A DNA stretch of 59,223 nucleotides from Rhina ancylostomus (taxonomy: Eukaryota): NCBI GenBank assembly GCA_030265395.1, contig JARFYF010000084.1, positions 78,063,432-78,122,654 of the forward strand, written 5' to 3'. Both the position numbers and the translations under genes were made by a program. The notes under the pieces are model-generated. The model did not search any database and was not told the DNA's origin. It worked only from the letters and a program-made list of their open reading frames with translations. Numbering within the stretch: position 1 is the first letter of the stretch; each line of letters begins with the position of its first letter. Shown here piece by piece: positions 1 through 13,739 of the stretch.

Positions 1-240
1 TCAAGAGCAGAGTAGTTGCCATACCAAGCTGAAAGGCAACCTGTCAGGACACTTCCTGCAGCACATCTGTAGAAATTCGAGAGAATCCTGACAGACATGC
101 TAAATCTTCTCGGATGCCTAAGAAAGTAAATACACTAAGTTGCTTTCTTAATCACCACATCAATGTGAAGGGACCAGATGAGGTTGGGGGTGATATTGGT
201 GCCAAGGAACTTGAAGTTGTTAACCTCTCTACAGCAGCTC
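1..240 (-). mobile_element. Rex1/Babar-like LINE fragment
   Basis: Minus translation gives VERVNNFKFLGTNI..L.WS.HID...NFYRC...SVLTGCLSAWYGN, typical of the region after the RT domain in Rex1. Confidence 0.75.
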
Positions 241-399
241 TGACAGAAAACATCAACAGTAAACTATATTATTCAAATTAAAGTCATTACATTAACTTAG
301 TAAGTGTAGCACCAGGAAAAGTAACCATCAAAATCAAAGTTGATCTGAAAAGTTTTCCAAGTTCAACTTATTGTGTTCATTTTAGAACTCGCACAGGGG

Positions 400-680
400 A
401 AGACTACTCACATCCTCTACAATCTCCTCGTCCTTCAACTACACCTTCCCTAGCAACCCAATGCTCCCCAATCCACCATCTTGGGTGCATCCAGTTCTGG
501 CCTCCTTTCCATCCCTGATTTTTTTTTTCCACTCTACTATTTAAATTTTGGAATGCTTTCTCCTAACTGCTGGGAACTTCTTTCTCATGTAAACTATTCC
601 TTAAATATATACTTCTGAGCAAATTTTATTATTTCCCCAAAATATTCCTGTGTGTCTCAGTGTTAAATGTTTCTTAGCCA
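400..680 (+). mobile_element. Decayed L2-like LINE 3' end
   Basis: Similar to the 14700-15130 segment (..aatctcctc..tacaccttccc..ttctggcctcct..); no ORF. Confidence 0.4.
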
Positions 681-3162
681 TAATTCCTACCTTGCCAAAG
701 TTCTCACAACATTAAAGGTGCAGTGTAAATTCAAGCTGTTGAGATAATGATATATAACATAGTAAGGATTGATGTGGAAGACATTTGAAAGCCAAACCAA
801 GAAATGGAGACAAAGAAGACATACACTTTTATATACAGTTCTCCTGGTTTCCAAATGTAAACTCCAACAAATCAAAGAGGCTTTTATTAGTAGGCCAAAG
901 GCTACAGAAGTAATCATTTCACTGCCTGAATGAAGATAAAGAAGCTCCCCAGGTTATGACAGGGTTCTCTTCCTGTGAATTGTTTGTAACCCAAACAGTT
1001 CCCAAGTCAGTACAGTAACAGTGAACTGAATTCCCATATGGTAGAAGATGCCTGCAGCCCCACAGCATCGGCAAATCTATCCTGCTGGTCTCTGAAATGC
1101 TTGTTTGTATGTACAGCTTGGACATAAGTTGGGCATTTGTAGACTTGGCAGGCTTTGTATGAACAGTAATCTTGAGGCTTTTTTTCTCTCTCCAAGACTG
1201 AGGTTGTAATTTGGCAGATCATTTCCTCCCAGTGCTCTGCAGTCAGGCTGGTGGGTCCTGGGACATGGTTTCCCACACATTTCTGTGGAAACATCTGATT
1301 ATGCATGGGTCCATTAACTCAACTTGTTACTCAGATACCTTGACTTACAGTCCAGAGATGCATTGTTCTCATTGAATGGCAGTACAGGCTTGAGGGACTA
1401 AATGGCCTACTTCAGCTTCTCTTTCCAAAGTTCCTGTACAATGACTTTCAATTCAGGCGTGTCTCTGTCTCCTGCACTGTAAACATACTGTCAACGAGGA
1501 TACTAATTGTGGCTGGGATAGCTATGATATGTGAGATCATGATGAGTGTCAGAACAACTGAGCAGGTACCTTCAGGGTCAGAGATGGTGTGGAAAACCTA
1601 AATTGCCTCCACTCACATTGGCAAAGCAAGATCCAGCATGATTGCAAACGGTATGTCACCATGACTGGCGAGAGGCAAATCGTGCTGGACCTTTCAGTCG
1701 ACTCACCTCTGAAAGGTATTCATCACTGGAAAGAAATATGGTTTTAGTGGACCCAACAGAGAGAGAAAACGTCATCAAGCCAAAGCAACTTTTTGAAACC
1801 AGCATTGATGTTATATTTGTCTATCTTCCAAAAATCACACAAGTTAAAACAAAATACATTACAAAAATATTAATAGTTGATAGATAACAGAATGAAAATC
1901 TATCTTCTTGCAAGATTTAGTAAAGAGCTTCATCTCCTGGGCTGGAAGAAATATCTCTACTTGCTTGGAATGTAATGAAGTGCTGGAGTAGCTGAATTCA
2001 CATTAGAACCATCTGAAGCCTTACTATCCCTTCCAGACAAACTATTTCCATACTCAGGGTTTTCAGTTATTTCCTGCACATTGGCTAAATAGAATTCAAG
2101 CCTGTATCTTTTCTTCTTGCAAAATTCAGCAAAGAGTTTCAATTCAACCAAGCATCAAGAATGTATTAAAGGGAAATACAAATTCTGCAGGTTTTTGCTG
2201 GAAAGGCATAACCTCGACTTGGCAATTACTTACAATAACATAATTAAAACCAGAAACTCTTCAGTGAGAAATCTTTGGTGCAGACTCAACCCATTTTGCA
2301 GGGTTGCCAAGAGTAGCACTTAACAAAAAGCTAGTGTTCAATATGCCTTGCAGAAAACCATCTGGTAAATAGCTCCCTTAGAACACTCCAAGCAAGAACC
2401 TGTAAATCAGCTTGGCTACCACAGATCATATCTGCTTCCTCAAGCCATGCATCAATAGTAAACTTTGATAATTGCTCTGGCAATACCACAATCCTCTTTG
2501 CTCCCAAACTTGGGCATCAAATGCCAGAAGCTAGGATGATGTTTGTAAACAAGCTATTGTTGTTTATGGATCCAAGATTATGGTACAAAGAAACAGTATT
2601 TTAGGGAGTTGTGGGTCCTCTTGAATCTTTAAATCTTTATTAAATTCATTCTTAAAATGCTATACATTCTTAAAATACTCTGTTTACAATGAATTAATTC
2701 ATTCAATAACCTGAAATTTGGTTCTTATGACCACTGGTAAAGTTGCTGGAAGAACATATTTATAACCTCTCTTTATGGTCTTACTTCTAATCTGAATTAT
2801 TCCTACATTTCTGATTGCTTCAAATAATTAGTATAGATTCCAATATGGTGGAACGTTCACACCAAGAAACTCATTCTCAAGTCTATCAACAAGATAGTTT
2901 CATACTCTCTAGATGTCTGGCGAATGTCTGCAACTGCTTGCATTTAGAATGACCTTAACATAGGAAGAGAGCTTGAGGTGATGTAAATAGTGCAGTTAAT
3001 GCCAAAGGAAGGGAAAAAACGAAAGGTGACTAAAAACTAGATTAACAAGGCACTAAAGGAAGACAGTGAAATGGAGACACACATAAGTCCAGGAAGGGAA
3101 TTCCAGAGCTCAGAGCCAGGACAGATTGATATGCAGCTATCAGCTGGAAGACTAATAAAACA

Positions 3163-3181
3163 TAGATAGATAGATAGATAA
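3163..3181 (+). repeat. (GATA)n microsatellite
   Basis: tagatagatagatagataa. Confidence 0.85.
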
Positions 3182-3709
3182 GACTTCAGCGCCAGACCAA
3201 CACAGTTCTCCAGTAGCAATAGGATTATAAGATTACACAGGCATTAACATGCGAGACCACCTGAAGGATGCGCCTTTGACATTAAGACATAATCTAGGTA
3301 CCGTGCCAAAGCCCCTGGAGAGAGACTTAAACTCACAACTATCTGACAATAAGACTGAAATGCTATTACTGAACCAGGCTTGATGTTTAATACTGAGTTT
3401 TTTCCACACATCAATACATTTCTTCAAAAATAGTAACAAGAGGTTAATCACAATGATCACAAAGTATTCTGTCCATTAATTTTCCATTTAACTCACACTT
3501 CCAGTTACTGATCACCAGCCTACATAACTAGGAATTAATTGGCACTTCTCATATTTAAACACTTTGATTGAATTAGAAACATTACCAGTGCTCAAGAGCA
3601 ACAATACTTTGTGTGCCAATTGCATTTGGAATTTCATTCATAATAGTATAGTGGTAGGGGAAAGGTTGCGAATAACAGCATAAATAAAGCTGTTGCCATT
3701 CTTACTTAC

Positions 3710-3855
3710 CATCCAAAGCAGAAGATAGCAAAATATATACCAATCATTGTAACGACCACATGACGTACAACAGTCCCTGCTCTACCAGGACTGAGATAAA
3801 GACGGAACCAGAAGGCAGCAAACAGGGCAAACAATTGACAGACTGTAAAATTCAC
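3710..3855 (-). CDS. MBOAT1: MBOAT1 coding exon 2
   Basis: 146 nt, VNFTVCQLFALFAAFWFRLYLSPGRAGTVVRHVVVTMIGIYFAIFCFG(W). Acceptor ttttgcag and donor gtaagt; in frame with exon 1. Confidence 0.95.
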
Positions 3856-4191
3856 CTGCAAAACAAAGTAAGAAGCAGCTTAAGCAAACAGTGGTCAGAT
3901 CTTGATTCTAGTTCCATCTGTTGCAATCTTTTCTGATCAGTAACTTAATTCTTAGGCAGGGGATTATTAGAAACCCATGTCTGAACTGAATGATGCAAAC
4001 TCTGCAGACAAAAGCTGCTATTCATTTCCTGTTCTCTCATGAAATTATCCCAGTTAATGATTCAATCAGGATTTGCAAGTATTGCACAGCATTGGTTTTT
4101 GACATCCAGAAGTTATTCATGGAAAGAGCTGCTGTTTATTTTCAGGAACAGATGTGTATTACCAAGGAGTCAGGATCTAGGCTAATGTTCA

Positions 4192-4235
4192 GGGGGCTAA
4201 GGGTGGGTGGGGCTAAGGATGGGTGGGGCTAAGGA
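4192..4235 (+). repeat. G-rich tandem repeat, ~16 nt unit GGGGCTAAGG(A)TGGGT, 2.5-3 copies
   Basis: Directly visible; degenerate ctaagg units continue to ~4335. Confidence 0.75.
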
Positions 4236-7200
4236 TCACAGTTGTGGGTCCGGGATGACTAAGGGATTTGTTGCTGAGTGCACTGAGGAGATTGGGTGTG
4301 GTGGTCAGGACTTTGGCAGCAACAGCTAAGGATAAGATTGGTACAGTGGAGGACTGGTGGGAGTCCTAGAACAGTTAGCATTGCATGAGAAGAGTTAGTT
4401 GTTTCAGCAGTGCCCATAAATGATTATTCTCAGGATAAACAGTTCAGGTTTCCCTCAATTCTCCAAAACAAGCATCACACTAGCATCAATGCAGAAGTTG
4501 TAACAAGTACACAACGATAATTCATTCTGGTGAGTGCCCTGTGTATTCTGCAGGGTGCCATGGAATTACCTAGAAGTAGTAATTTTCAATTTCATTCTGG
4601 GGTAAAAAAAAATACTGATTTTCAATAGCATAATGCTGGGTTAAAAAATATTGTTATGTAATGGGATTTCTTGCCAAATGTCTTTAACCCATCAAGCTTT
4701 AATAGTAAAGAAGCAATGCCACGCTTGCTTTTACAAGACAGCATTTTACAACGTTTAGTCCAATTTTCTGCTCCACATATGCCTTGTCTCCTCCTACATT
4801 AGCTCACCCGAATAATACCTTCCAATCCTTGCATCCTCGTGGAATTACATAGATTCTCCTTGAATGCAGTCATGTAATGTGTCTCAAATACCCACATCTA
4901 GGAGCATTTTCTGCAGTCTCATCACCATTTAAGTAAAGAAGTTTCTGCAGCATTCCTGACTATAATTATTTGAGACAATGTCATATTTATGCTTTATCTA
5001 ATCCAAGTTTGTTTTCTTTATCAAATACCTGCAACTTATCTATCTTAAATGCCTTAATGCTGTTTTGGTCTCCTTGACCAAAGTCACATTCCTCTTGAAT
5101 TTTTCCCTGGTAAAAACTAAAGCAAACTTCAATACTTCCACCAATTTACTTTCCCTCTTTTAATGTTTCTATCATATATTTTTATATTCTTGGATAACAT
5201 ATTTTACAAAAGTTTTTTACTTGCTTATTTTAATTTGACAATTTCCAACCTGTACACTTGTGTCTGTCACTTTCTCAGGTGAAAAACAGCATCTATTCAT
5301 TCATGCCAGTTTAAGGATAACTAATTAATTCATTAACTTTGTTGTATTAGTGCTAACAGACAATTAAATTTACCTATACTAATTAAAAAAGTAAACTAAT
5401 TCTTTTTATATTATGCTAGGATTGGAAGGTATATTAGTAGGGTGAGCAATGCAGAAGTTGTTACAAAGGCACAAGGATGACTCACTTTGCCCTGTGCATT
5501 TTGCAATGGTGCCATGGAATTAACAAGTTGCTTTGAAGTTTTGAGCTTTTACAATAAAAATGGAAGTACCCAGTGGAGTGAATCTCAATGTTGCTCCGGT
5601 TAGTTTGGCTAGATTGGTTAACCAAATTTCTATTTTCTAAGTTTGACAGTGATATCGTCACTTATTCTTAAATGTACTGACCACTGGAAAAAGAGACAAC
5701 AGCATGAAAATACAAGTACAGTGGCTAATCCAGCTCCTTTACCAAAAAGAACTGCACATTTTACAATAACCATCAATACAAACAAAATCAGCATCATCCA
5801 TCTCTTCTTGAAGCCTCCCAGGAAAAGGCTGAATTTTAAAATCAAAGTGTCCCAGGAACAACTTTCTAAATGAATCCCTTGCTTTGGCACTACAAAACCA
5901 GGGAGGGCAGAAAAAGATAGCAGAGTTTATTATTTGCAGGCCCACGTCAACTTGTTCCAAGGTCAACTGTACAAAATACGAGGTGGGGATTTAAATGTGC
6001 TAAAATGACTGTGCATAAAAGCCAATGTTGACCTGCTACTCACCCACTTAGCTGTGTATAGGAAACCCCTCTGGACAGGCAGGTTGCCCGATCGCAACAT
6101 GACATTGCTCACCAGAAGTGATATTAACAGGAGTTTAGTACTTAGTCAATGTGTGTGGCAGAGCTCCACGAAGCGCACCAATGAAACCAGAGAGCAAGCA
6201 CAGTGACACTGGATATGGTCCAAAGGCTTTATAGGCAAGTTCAGCAATTAAAAACTACAGCCTCACAGCTGCTTGAGTGACTGTGAAAAATCTCCTTCAC
6301 AGCTGCATCTGGAAGCCATGCAGCAAACTTTAGTTAAATTCAGGCATGAAGTGAAAATTTTGCTGTTTGCTTTCCAAATTTTGGAGGTTAACTTCATTTT
6401 GCAGCTCTCCATGGCCACACCACCATGGGTTCTGTTTATGCGTTACAGTGCGGCCTAGAAGAAGAGCAGACTGAACAGCAAGGACCTCAGGAACAGCATC
6501 AAGCAAGCTGCTTCTCGACACCTGAGGGAGAGGTGTCAGCAGGGAAGTCCTGTTGGCAGGCAGCCATAATCAGTGTATTGGTATGGGTTGTATTTGCTTC
6601 AAGTTCAAAAACTAGGGATGTAGATTTCAAGTAACTGGTGGGATTAGACAAATGATGAGGAATATTCTCAGTTCCGCCAAAGTGCAGAGGGTCTTGAACT
6701 CTCTGTCTGGGAGGATGNNNNNNNNNNNNNNNNNNNNNNNNNNNNNNNNNNNNNNNNNNNNNNNNNNNNNNNNNNNNNNNNNNNNNNNNNNNNNNNNNNN
6801 NNNNNNNNNNNNNNNNNGCAGAGTGTCAAAAAATTTTTGGGCGAGTACCTGAAGAGTGGTGACCTGCATGGCTACAGACCAGATTCTCAATATGGGTAAG
6901 GTTGAGCAGCTCTTTTTCACCTACCACTAGCAGAACAGGCCAAAAAGCCTCCTTCTGCGTCATTAATTTTCTATGACGCTATTCCTACAATCTTCCTCTG
7001 AGCACAAATGTCCAAGGAGGCTCTGGTGTTCAGTCAGGCCACAATATGGCATGCTGCATGCTAGAAACAAAATCTTTCTGTGCGCATGCACAGGATTCCC
7101 AGAAGCTAACATGATGCCTTAATCCTATAGGAATCCATCCCTGATCCCCTCCTATCTCAAAGTAGAATTGCCAGCTGCCACGATACAAGGGAGATTCCCC

Positions 7201-7239
7201 TTAAAATATGGTTGACAACATGTGTAAAGCAATGCTAGA

Positions 7240-7480
7240 GCAATACAATCAATTTCCACTCTTCCCTCCTCCATCCACCTATCACCCTCCTCACCTGGAC
7301 CACCCATCGCTTGCAGCTTTTGCTCCACCCCTTCACCTTTTTATACCAGCTATCCCCCCTCTATCTTTTAGTCCAGATGAAGAGTCTCAATCCAAAACAT
7401 CCACTGTCCATTTCCCTCCACAGATGCTGCCTGATCTGCTGAGATCCTCCAGCTTCTTGTTTGTTGCTCCACAATCAAAG
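7240..7480 (+). mobile_element. Penelope-like element 3' tail
   Basis: Pyrimidine-rich tract followed by ..cagatgaagagtctcaatccaaaac..ccacagatgctgcctgatctgctgag.., shared with the 9660-10310 copy. Confidence 0.7.
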
Positions 7481-9329
7481 ACAATCCCAGTGAGCAAGCC
7501 ATCAATACATTAACATTACACTTCAAAGGCCTGGACAGACCTGGAAACACCAGAAAGAATGTCAGAAGGCTGTTGCAACTAACATAACATTGTGCAGCCC
7601 CTAAAAGGGGGAGTGAACAGAAGCACTTCAGCCGAAGAGAAGCAAAAAAAATGTAGGCAATGCAAGAGAAGCCATTATCTCCAAGGCTACCTCCTTTGCA
7701 GATGCAAGAGTAATCAACTGAAGGCTCCCTGTGGCTCCCTACTTTTCAAATGTTCTGTATTCTCATTTCCTGCAGGGAGAGAAAGAGGCTTTGGAATGCA
7801 AGTTACAGCAGGTATTGAATTAATGATAAGAAAATATTTGTTAATGCTGACTATAAGGGAGAGGCTACATATCAGAGGCATCTAGACATTTAGGAATGTA
7901 ACGAGTTGCACAGGTACAGAGGCTGTTTGCCAGGAAAGCTGATATTTGTATTGCCTGTGTATTGTGAGTTAAGGTGAGCAGACCTAGGGGCTGAAGCACT
8001 ACATATCAGAACACAGGTGAATGTGCCACTTGCCTTGACTTGAAGGGATCATTGAAGTTCTCCCAGCACTGAATCCAAAATTGATCACCTCAATCCTGTT
8101 GCTCACTTTTGAGACAACCCCCTATCAGTCTGGAATATGATGTGCAGCAGGCACTCACAACAGTTCCCCTGACATCATCTCCGACAATGACATCCAGCAA
8201 AGAAGCACTGAACCATGGGACAGCCATGATATGACTTCAGTCCAATTTTTCTCCTTAGTTGTGCAACTAACTTCAGAGTTGAGTAGATATCCTGACTGAA
8301 ACAATCTTTAGTAACGCAGTGGTAACTGAACTATCCATCTCATCACCACACCCATTCAGTTTAATTGGTTGCAAACACATTGCTGTTTAATGCTGTTGCA
8401 TTAAAGCAGTGGGCAAAGATGCTACAGATTTGGCACAAAAGTTAAGTTAATCTGTTCCTTTTGTCTTAAAGAAAATCAGATTAAAATTAATAAAACAGTA
8501 CTTATAATTCCTTCTACAATTGGAATTTATAGGACATGACACTGATTGTGGATATCCATCATTCCTTCAATACACATTTGAAAACTGCTTCACAGCAAAG
8601 CAGAAATCCTTCCCACTGACTTTGAATAAGCTCCTGACAAAAATTTTGCAACCTCTGTAGTGAGAACTTCCCCTTCTCAGGCATCTGCTGTTGTCAGATG
8701 TCAGATCAGTGGGATCTCTGAAACCCTATAACTGTAAAGTCATCAGTCTGTCTGAATAGCACTCACATTCAGAATCTCCACCTTAAACAAACCAAATATG
8801 ACAAACCAATATTGCTATCAGTTTCAAGGTGGCATGATGAACAACCCTTCAGAGCACATGACCACCACAAAACCTAGGCCAGCCTTTTTAAACAAAAGAG
8901 AAAATTTATGAATTCATGAAAATGTTTTGACATTAATAGAAATAGCCAAACATACCTTTTTACTTTAAAATGATACACTAGCAATTATGTAAACCCATGC
9001 AACAAAGAAAAATGAAAATAGTAAATACTGCAAAAGACTAGTATGGGGACGTCCCAGAGAGTACCAAGGAACCCAAGTGTAGGCAAAGAAGAAATCAGTA
9101 GGAATAGAAAAAAAATGCCATGTAACAGTATTGTTCTAATCTCCTTTTCTCTCACACAACTACCAAACAACAGCATTCTAATTTCACTTTTTCTGTTCCA
9201 ATACAGACTGTCTCATTATTTAAAATCATTTTGATCCCAACCATTTTAATTATTCTAGGGGTCTTCAAAAGTGCCAACCAATTCATTTCCAGCAGAAAAA
9301 GTGACATTAAAAGAATATGTGGATTCTGA

Positions 9330-9650
9330 ATACTATTTACTGGTGGCACTCTCTCCCAAGAAGCAGAATAATGTGGGTTCAAGCCCCTAATCTAGTGCTA
9401 CTGTCTTCAATTGAGGCACTAAATCAAGCTCATGTTCGTCCTCTCAAATAAAAGATCTTGTGGCTATGTGGGAATATGAGTTTAAGTATTCCATTAGTGC
9501 TCTGGCCACATTTAACATAATTATCATCAACATTACTGCAAAAAGTCACTTCTTGTGGATGCCTGCTATGCACAAAATAATTGCTTTATAATGGTAACTA
9601 CACATAAAAAGTACATCATTTACTATACAGCACTCTTGTACTAAATTTAG
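9330..9650 (+). mobile_element. Ancient tRNA-derived SINE (Deu-domain/SacSINE-like)
   Basis: Degenerate tRNA head (gtgggttcaagccc B box) and a body related to copies near 17700, 24150-24800 and 34400-34810. Confidence 0.5.
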
Positions 9651-9659
9651 CATTCACAA

Positions 9660-10310
9660 AATTTGATCTCCTCTACATTGTAGAGCTAATGCAGGTTGGA
9701 TGACGGCTTTATGCAGTGCCTGCATTCAGTTCACAAGGGTGACTCCAAGCTTCCTGTTGCCTGCCACTTTAATTCTCCGTCCCACCTGCACTCTGACCTA
9801 TCTATCTGTGGCATTCCATATGTTACAGATGTACAACACAAGCTTGAAGAACAGCACCTCATCTTCTGTGAAGTCACACTGCAGCCTTCTGGATTCAATA
9901 CTGAATTCTCCAACTTCAGGTAACTCTCTTTCTCTTGCTGTATCAAATCTGGCCATTTCTGTGATCAGTCACCCATTAACCCTGCACTTCATGAGATTTT
10001 ACACTCTTTTGTCTGTAACATTGCTCTTCAACTGTCACCATTAACCTATCATCCACTATTCATCTCCACAGTAACTCTGGCCAACCCCAGTCTCACCCTA
10101 TCAGGGAGGTTCCCTTTGTCCTTCTTACTTTTCCCTCTACTTTCACTGCAACTTCAAACAAACTTATTTTACTCTTTCCCAGTTCTGATGATGGGTCTCA
10201 ACCTGAAACATTAACTCTGTTTCTCTTTCCATAGATGGCGCCTGACCTGGTGAGTGTTTCCTGCATTTTCTGCTTTTGCTTCAGATTTCCAACATCTGCA
10301 ATTTGTTTTA
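9660..10310 (+). mobile_element. Penelope-like retroelement 3' portion (GIY-YIG endonuclease end plus tail)
   Basis: ORF 9696-9923 contains LPVACHFNSPSHLHSDLSICG..KLEEQHLIF..TLQPSGFNTEF, a PLE endonuclease C-terminus. Tail carries a CTGATGA..GAAAC motif. Confidence 0.85.
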
Positions 10311-13059
10311 TTTCTGAGCACTCTTGGTTGTCTTAAATTTCCACATAAATGCACAGCAATTCACACCAAATGTAAGCAACAGAACAAAACCATATCACAA
10401 TCCTTTGTCCTGCCAGCAAAAATAATTTTTACCTGAAATCATCTCAAACTTCTTACCAAAATGACAATATTATGCTAATAATCTAATTTTCTGGCTTTGT
10501 GCACTGCTATTTCTTTTACTATAACATCACAGTAAGAGTCACAATCCTTAATATAACTAGAATTTGATGGGCATTGATATTAATTCAACACCACAATATA
10601 TTTCTCCAAATCCAAAACAAAGAGCGCAAGACTATTTTGTGTACATAAAACCTTGCACAGTTATGGTTGAACCTTCTTCTAGTAGCCTGTCTTCTCAGAA
10701 ATCCCAATTTCAAGCCATTCCATCTTCTTAGTATTGCTCAATTTCCAATCCTTAAGGTCACGAGGACATCTTGTCATCCTCAGCTCCATATTCATTTTGC
10801 TTCACTGACTTCCGTGATATAAATGATGGGAATATTTTCGAAAACCCTCTAAACTGATTGAGTTTCAGAAGCTAAACAGAATTGGGCTTGAGTTAGCACT
10901 TGACTGGCATTGTGACTGCAAGCATCTCAACTGAACTGTTCATTTCCCTCCACAGATGCTGCCTGACCTGCTGAATTCCTCCAGCAGTTTGTTTTTGCTT
11001 TTAAGACCACCTTAAGGTAGGGTTTCCAAGAACTGCTCCCGGCTCCCCTTCATCATCACACAACTAATCCTTGGATGGAGAAGACAGAAAACCTGTAGAG
11101 GTTCTGCTCAAGGCTGCTATTTATAAATCCAGATGGTCTTATCCAGGTGGGCTGTGAAGTCGCACCCACCGTTACATTTTAGAGTTTCTAGATATGCAAG
11201 TTTTGTTTGGCTTCATGGTTAAGTTCTTTATTTGTTGCTTCCCTCTTGTAGAAGGGGATATTTTTGGGTTTTGGTTGATGACACCAAGATAATATATTTA
11301 TCTCTTTATTACTTATTTAGAATAAAGGCATTCATACTTCCATCACCATTCCTCATCAATCATTTTGGCTCTAGTTTCAGTCTTATCCATATCAAGGATT
11401 ACACTGATCATGGCTACCAAAAGCTTTTGGTAGCCATCACGGGAATACATCCTCTCTCCTTGTTATTTTATGTTTGGCAGAGCTAATCCAACTATCCTTC
11501 TCCAAAATCACTTCCCTCATCACACTGTCCCAATTTGGCAATGCATCTGGTGCAACTTCTTTTCTACTAATTTGCCTAAAAAGATCTCATATTTCCATCT
11601 CAGGTCTTCTCCTATACTGGAGATGTGTTCTGATCCAATAGCGGCTTCTCTCTAGAGTCAGTTTCACACAAACGCCAGCTTCACACACCTTTAATTCTCC
11701 ACCAGAATACTCAACTTCAGCAATTCAAAATTTCGGGTCTCTGAGACTGTAAATAACAAGAATGTGCCAAATCAGCTGCCACTCCAACATCAGCACTAAA
11801 AACAAAACTATTCAAACACCAAGGATTCTACACACAGCCCCATGATTAAGATTTCCTTTGCAACTGGCAACAATGCNNNNNNNNNATTTGACGTTTCAGC
11901 ACAGGGCAACCACAAATGAACTTCTCAGAACTAGCAATATTTTGCATGCAGTTTTTGCTGGGTTTTCTGATTATGTCCAAAACAGATACCCCAGGCAACA
12001 GATTTGCAGTTTCAATTAAAATGACCTAATTGGGGAGATGCTTCAAAAGATGGACTGTAGCATAGAAAAACCATGGCACATTTCAGGACCTTCTGCCCAC
12101 AAAGCTGTGCCGTAACCTTCCGGAAGATTATGGAAATTCGGACTGCTTCAGTCCATCACTGCAACACATTCTTGATTTTGCTATAAAGGTACATCTGTAT
12201 TTAGTATTTTTTTTAAAAAAGGCTCAGTCAAATATTGTCTTAATAAAATTAGTGGAGATAAACTATTACATGAAGCCATCTGTGTTGTTAAGGTGTATTT
12301 AAGAAATCATTTATTTAAAGATTTAGAGGACTGCCATTGGGATCTGACATAGAAGGAGTTACAGATTGAGATGTGAATTCCTTCTACAATTTTGTTCTGA
12401 TTTTACCATTGTTGACCAAGCCACCATAAAAGGTTGAGAAAGTTTGAACCAAAGTTACTTCTAGGAATAAGTGAATTTCCATGCTGATGGAAAGCAAACA
12501 CCAAGCTATGAGCTGGCCCCACCCACAATACTGGTCATGGTTCTGCTTAAAATTAAACACCATTAAGTTTCTGCCAATGATGTACATTGATGGACCTTGG
12601 AGGAGGAATTTCATTCCTTTGAAGAAGTTTTAAATATTAAAGAATGTATTTAATAATATAAATGAAATGAGTAAATATTTGAATCAGTTTGAGCTTTTCT
12701 ATGATTTAAAATATTATTTGGGAGATTGAGGAGACATTCCCACTAAAAATCCTTGTGACAAAAATCACTCTCAGCCATTTTCATAAAACAGCACCTTTTG
12801 GTCATAAACTATGCCTGGATTGCAAATAGGGCTCAAAAAGGAAAATGTACTCCATTATTTTTTTGGGCTTAAGAAGTATAAGCCATTCACACGCAAGCGT
12901 CATTGGTTTTGGACTGAGCAAGAATGGAAATAAATAGTAGATGTAGCAGCTGGGTCCCAGAGAGTTGAAACTGTAAATAGGGCTTTCAACAGGCAATCTT
13001 AATGGAGTTGAATTACACTGTACTGTCCTGCTGATGAACATGATGTTTGAAATTGAGGT

Positions 13060-13680
13060 TGACATCAGAGAGCCAATGATGGTCATCCTGAATGTTGACA
13101 GATGGAATTTAATCCCAACAAGTGCAAGGTGATGAATTTTGGAAGACAAGTAGGGATAGGAAAAGTACACTAAATGACAGGGCGCTAAGGAATTTTGAAT
13201 GACAAAGGGATCCTGGAGTTCAAGTCCATAGTTCCCCTAAAGTGGCAATACAGGTAGAAAGGGTGGTGAAGGATGCATATGGCAAGCTTGCTTCACAGGT
13301 AAGGGCATGGAATACAAAAGTCACAATGTTATGTTACAACTTTACAAAACATTGGTTAGTCTGCACTTGGAGCATTGTGTGCAGTTCTGGTTGCCACACT
13401 ACAGGAAAACTATGGTTGTGCTGGAGAGAGTGCGGAGGAGATTCACCAGGATGATGCCTGGATTAGAGGATTTTAGTTATGAGGTGAGATTGGATAGGCT
13501 GGGCTTACTTTCCCTGGCCCAAAGGTGACTGAGGGGTGGTCTAATATAAAATTGTAAGAGAGAAGATAGAGTAGATAATCAGAATCTTTTTTCTCCATGG
13601 TGGTGATATCAAAACAAAAGGGCATAAGTTTAAGATAAGAGGAAGGAGTTTTAAAGGGAATTTGAGGGAAGTATTGGGCA
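13060..13680 (+). mobile_element. CR1 LINE 3' fragment
   Basis: MEYKSHNVMLQLYKTLVSLHLEHCVQFWLPHYRK..LERVRRRFTRMMPGL..SYE.RL.RLGL (CR1 ORF2 C-terminus); frameshifted. Confidence 0.92.
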
Positions 13681-13739
13681 ATACTTGAACAATTTGGTCA
13701 GAAGTCCAACTAGTACCAGAGTACAAACTGTTCAGCATA

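Noticed and set aside
965-1056. Candidate MBOAT1 exon 3 (minus frame ending ..QTIHR)
   Set aside because: No GT donor after IHR and no similarity to the expected YSVHLFVLV..; exon 3 probably lies outside the window.
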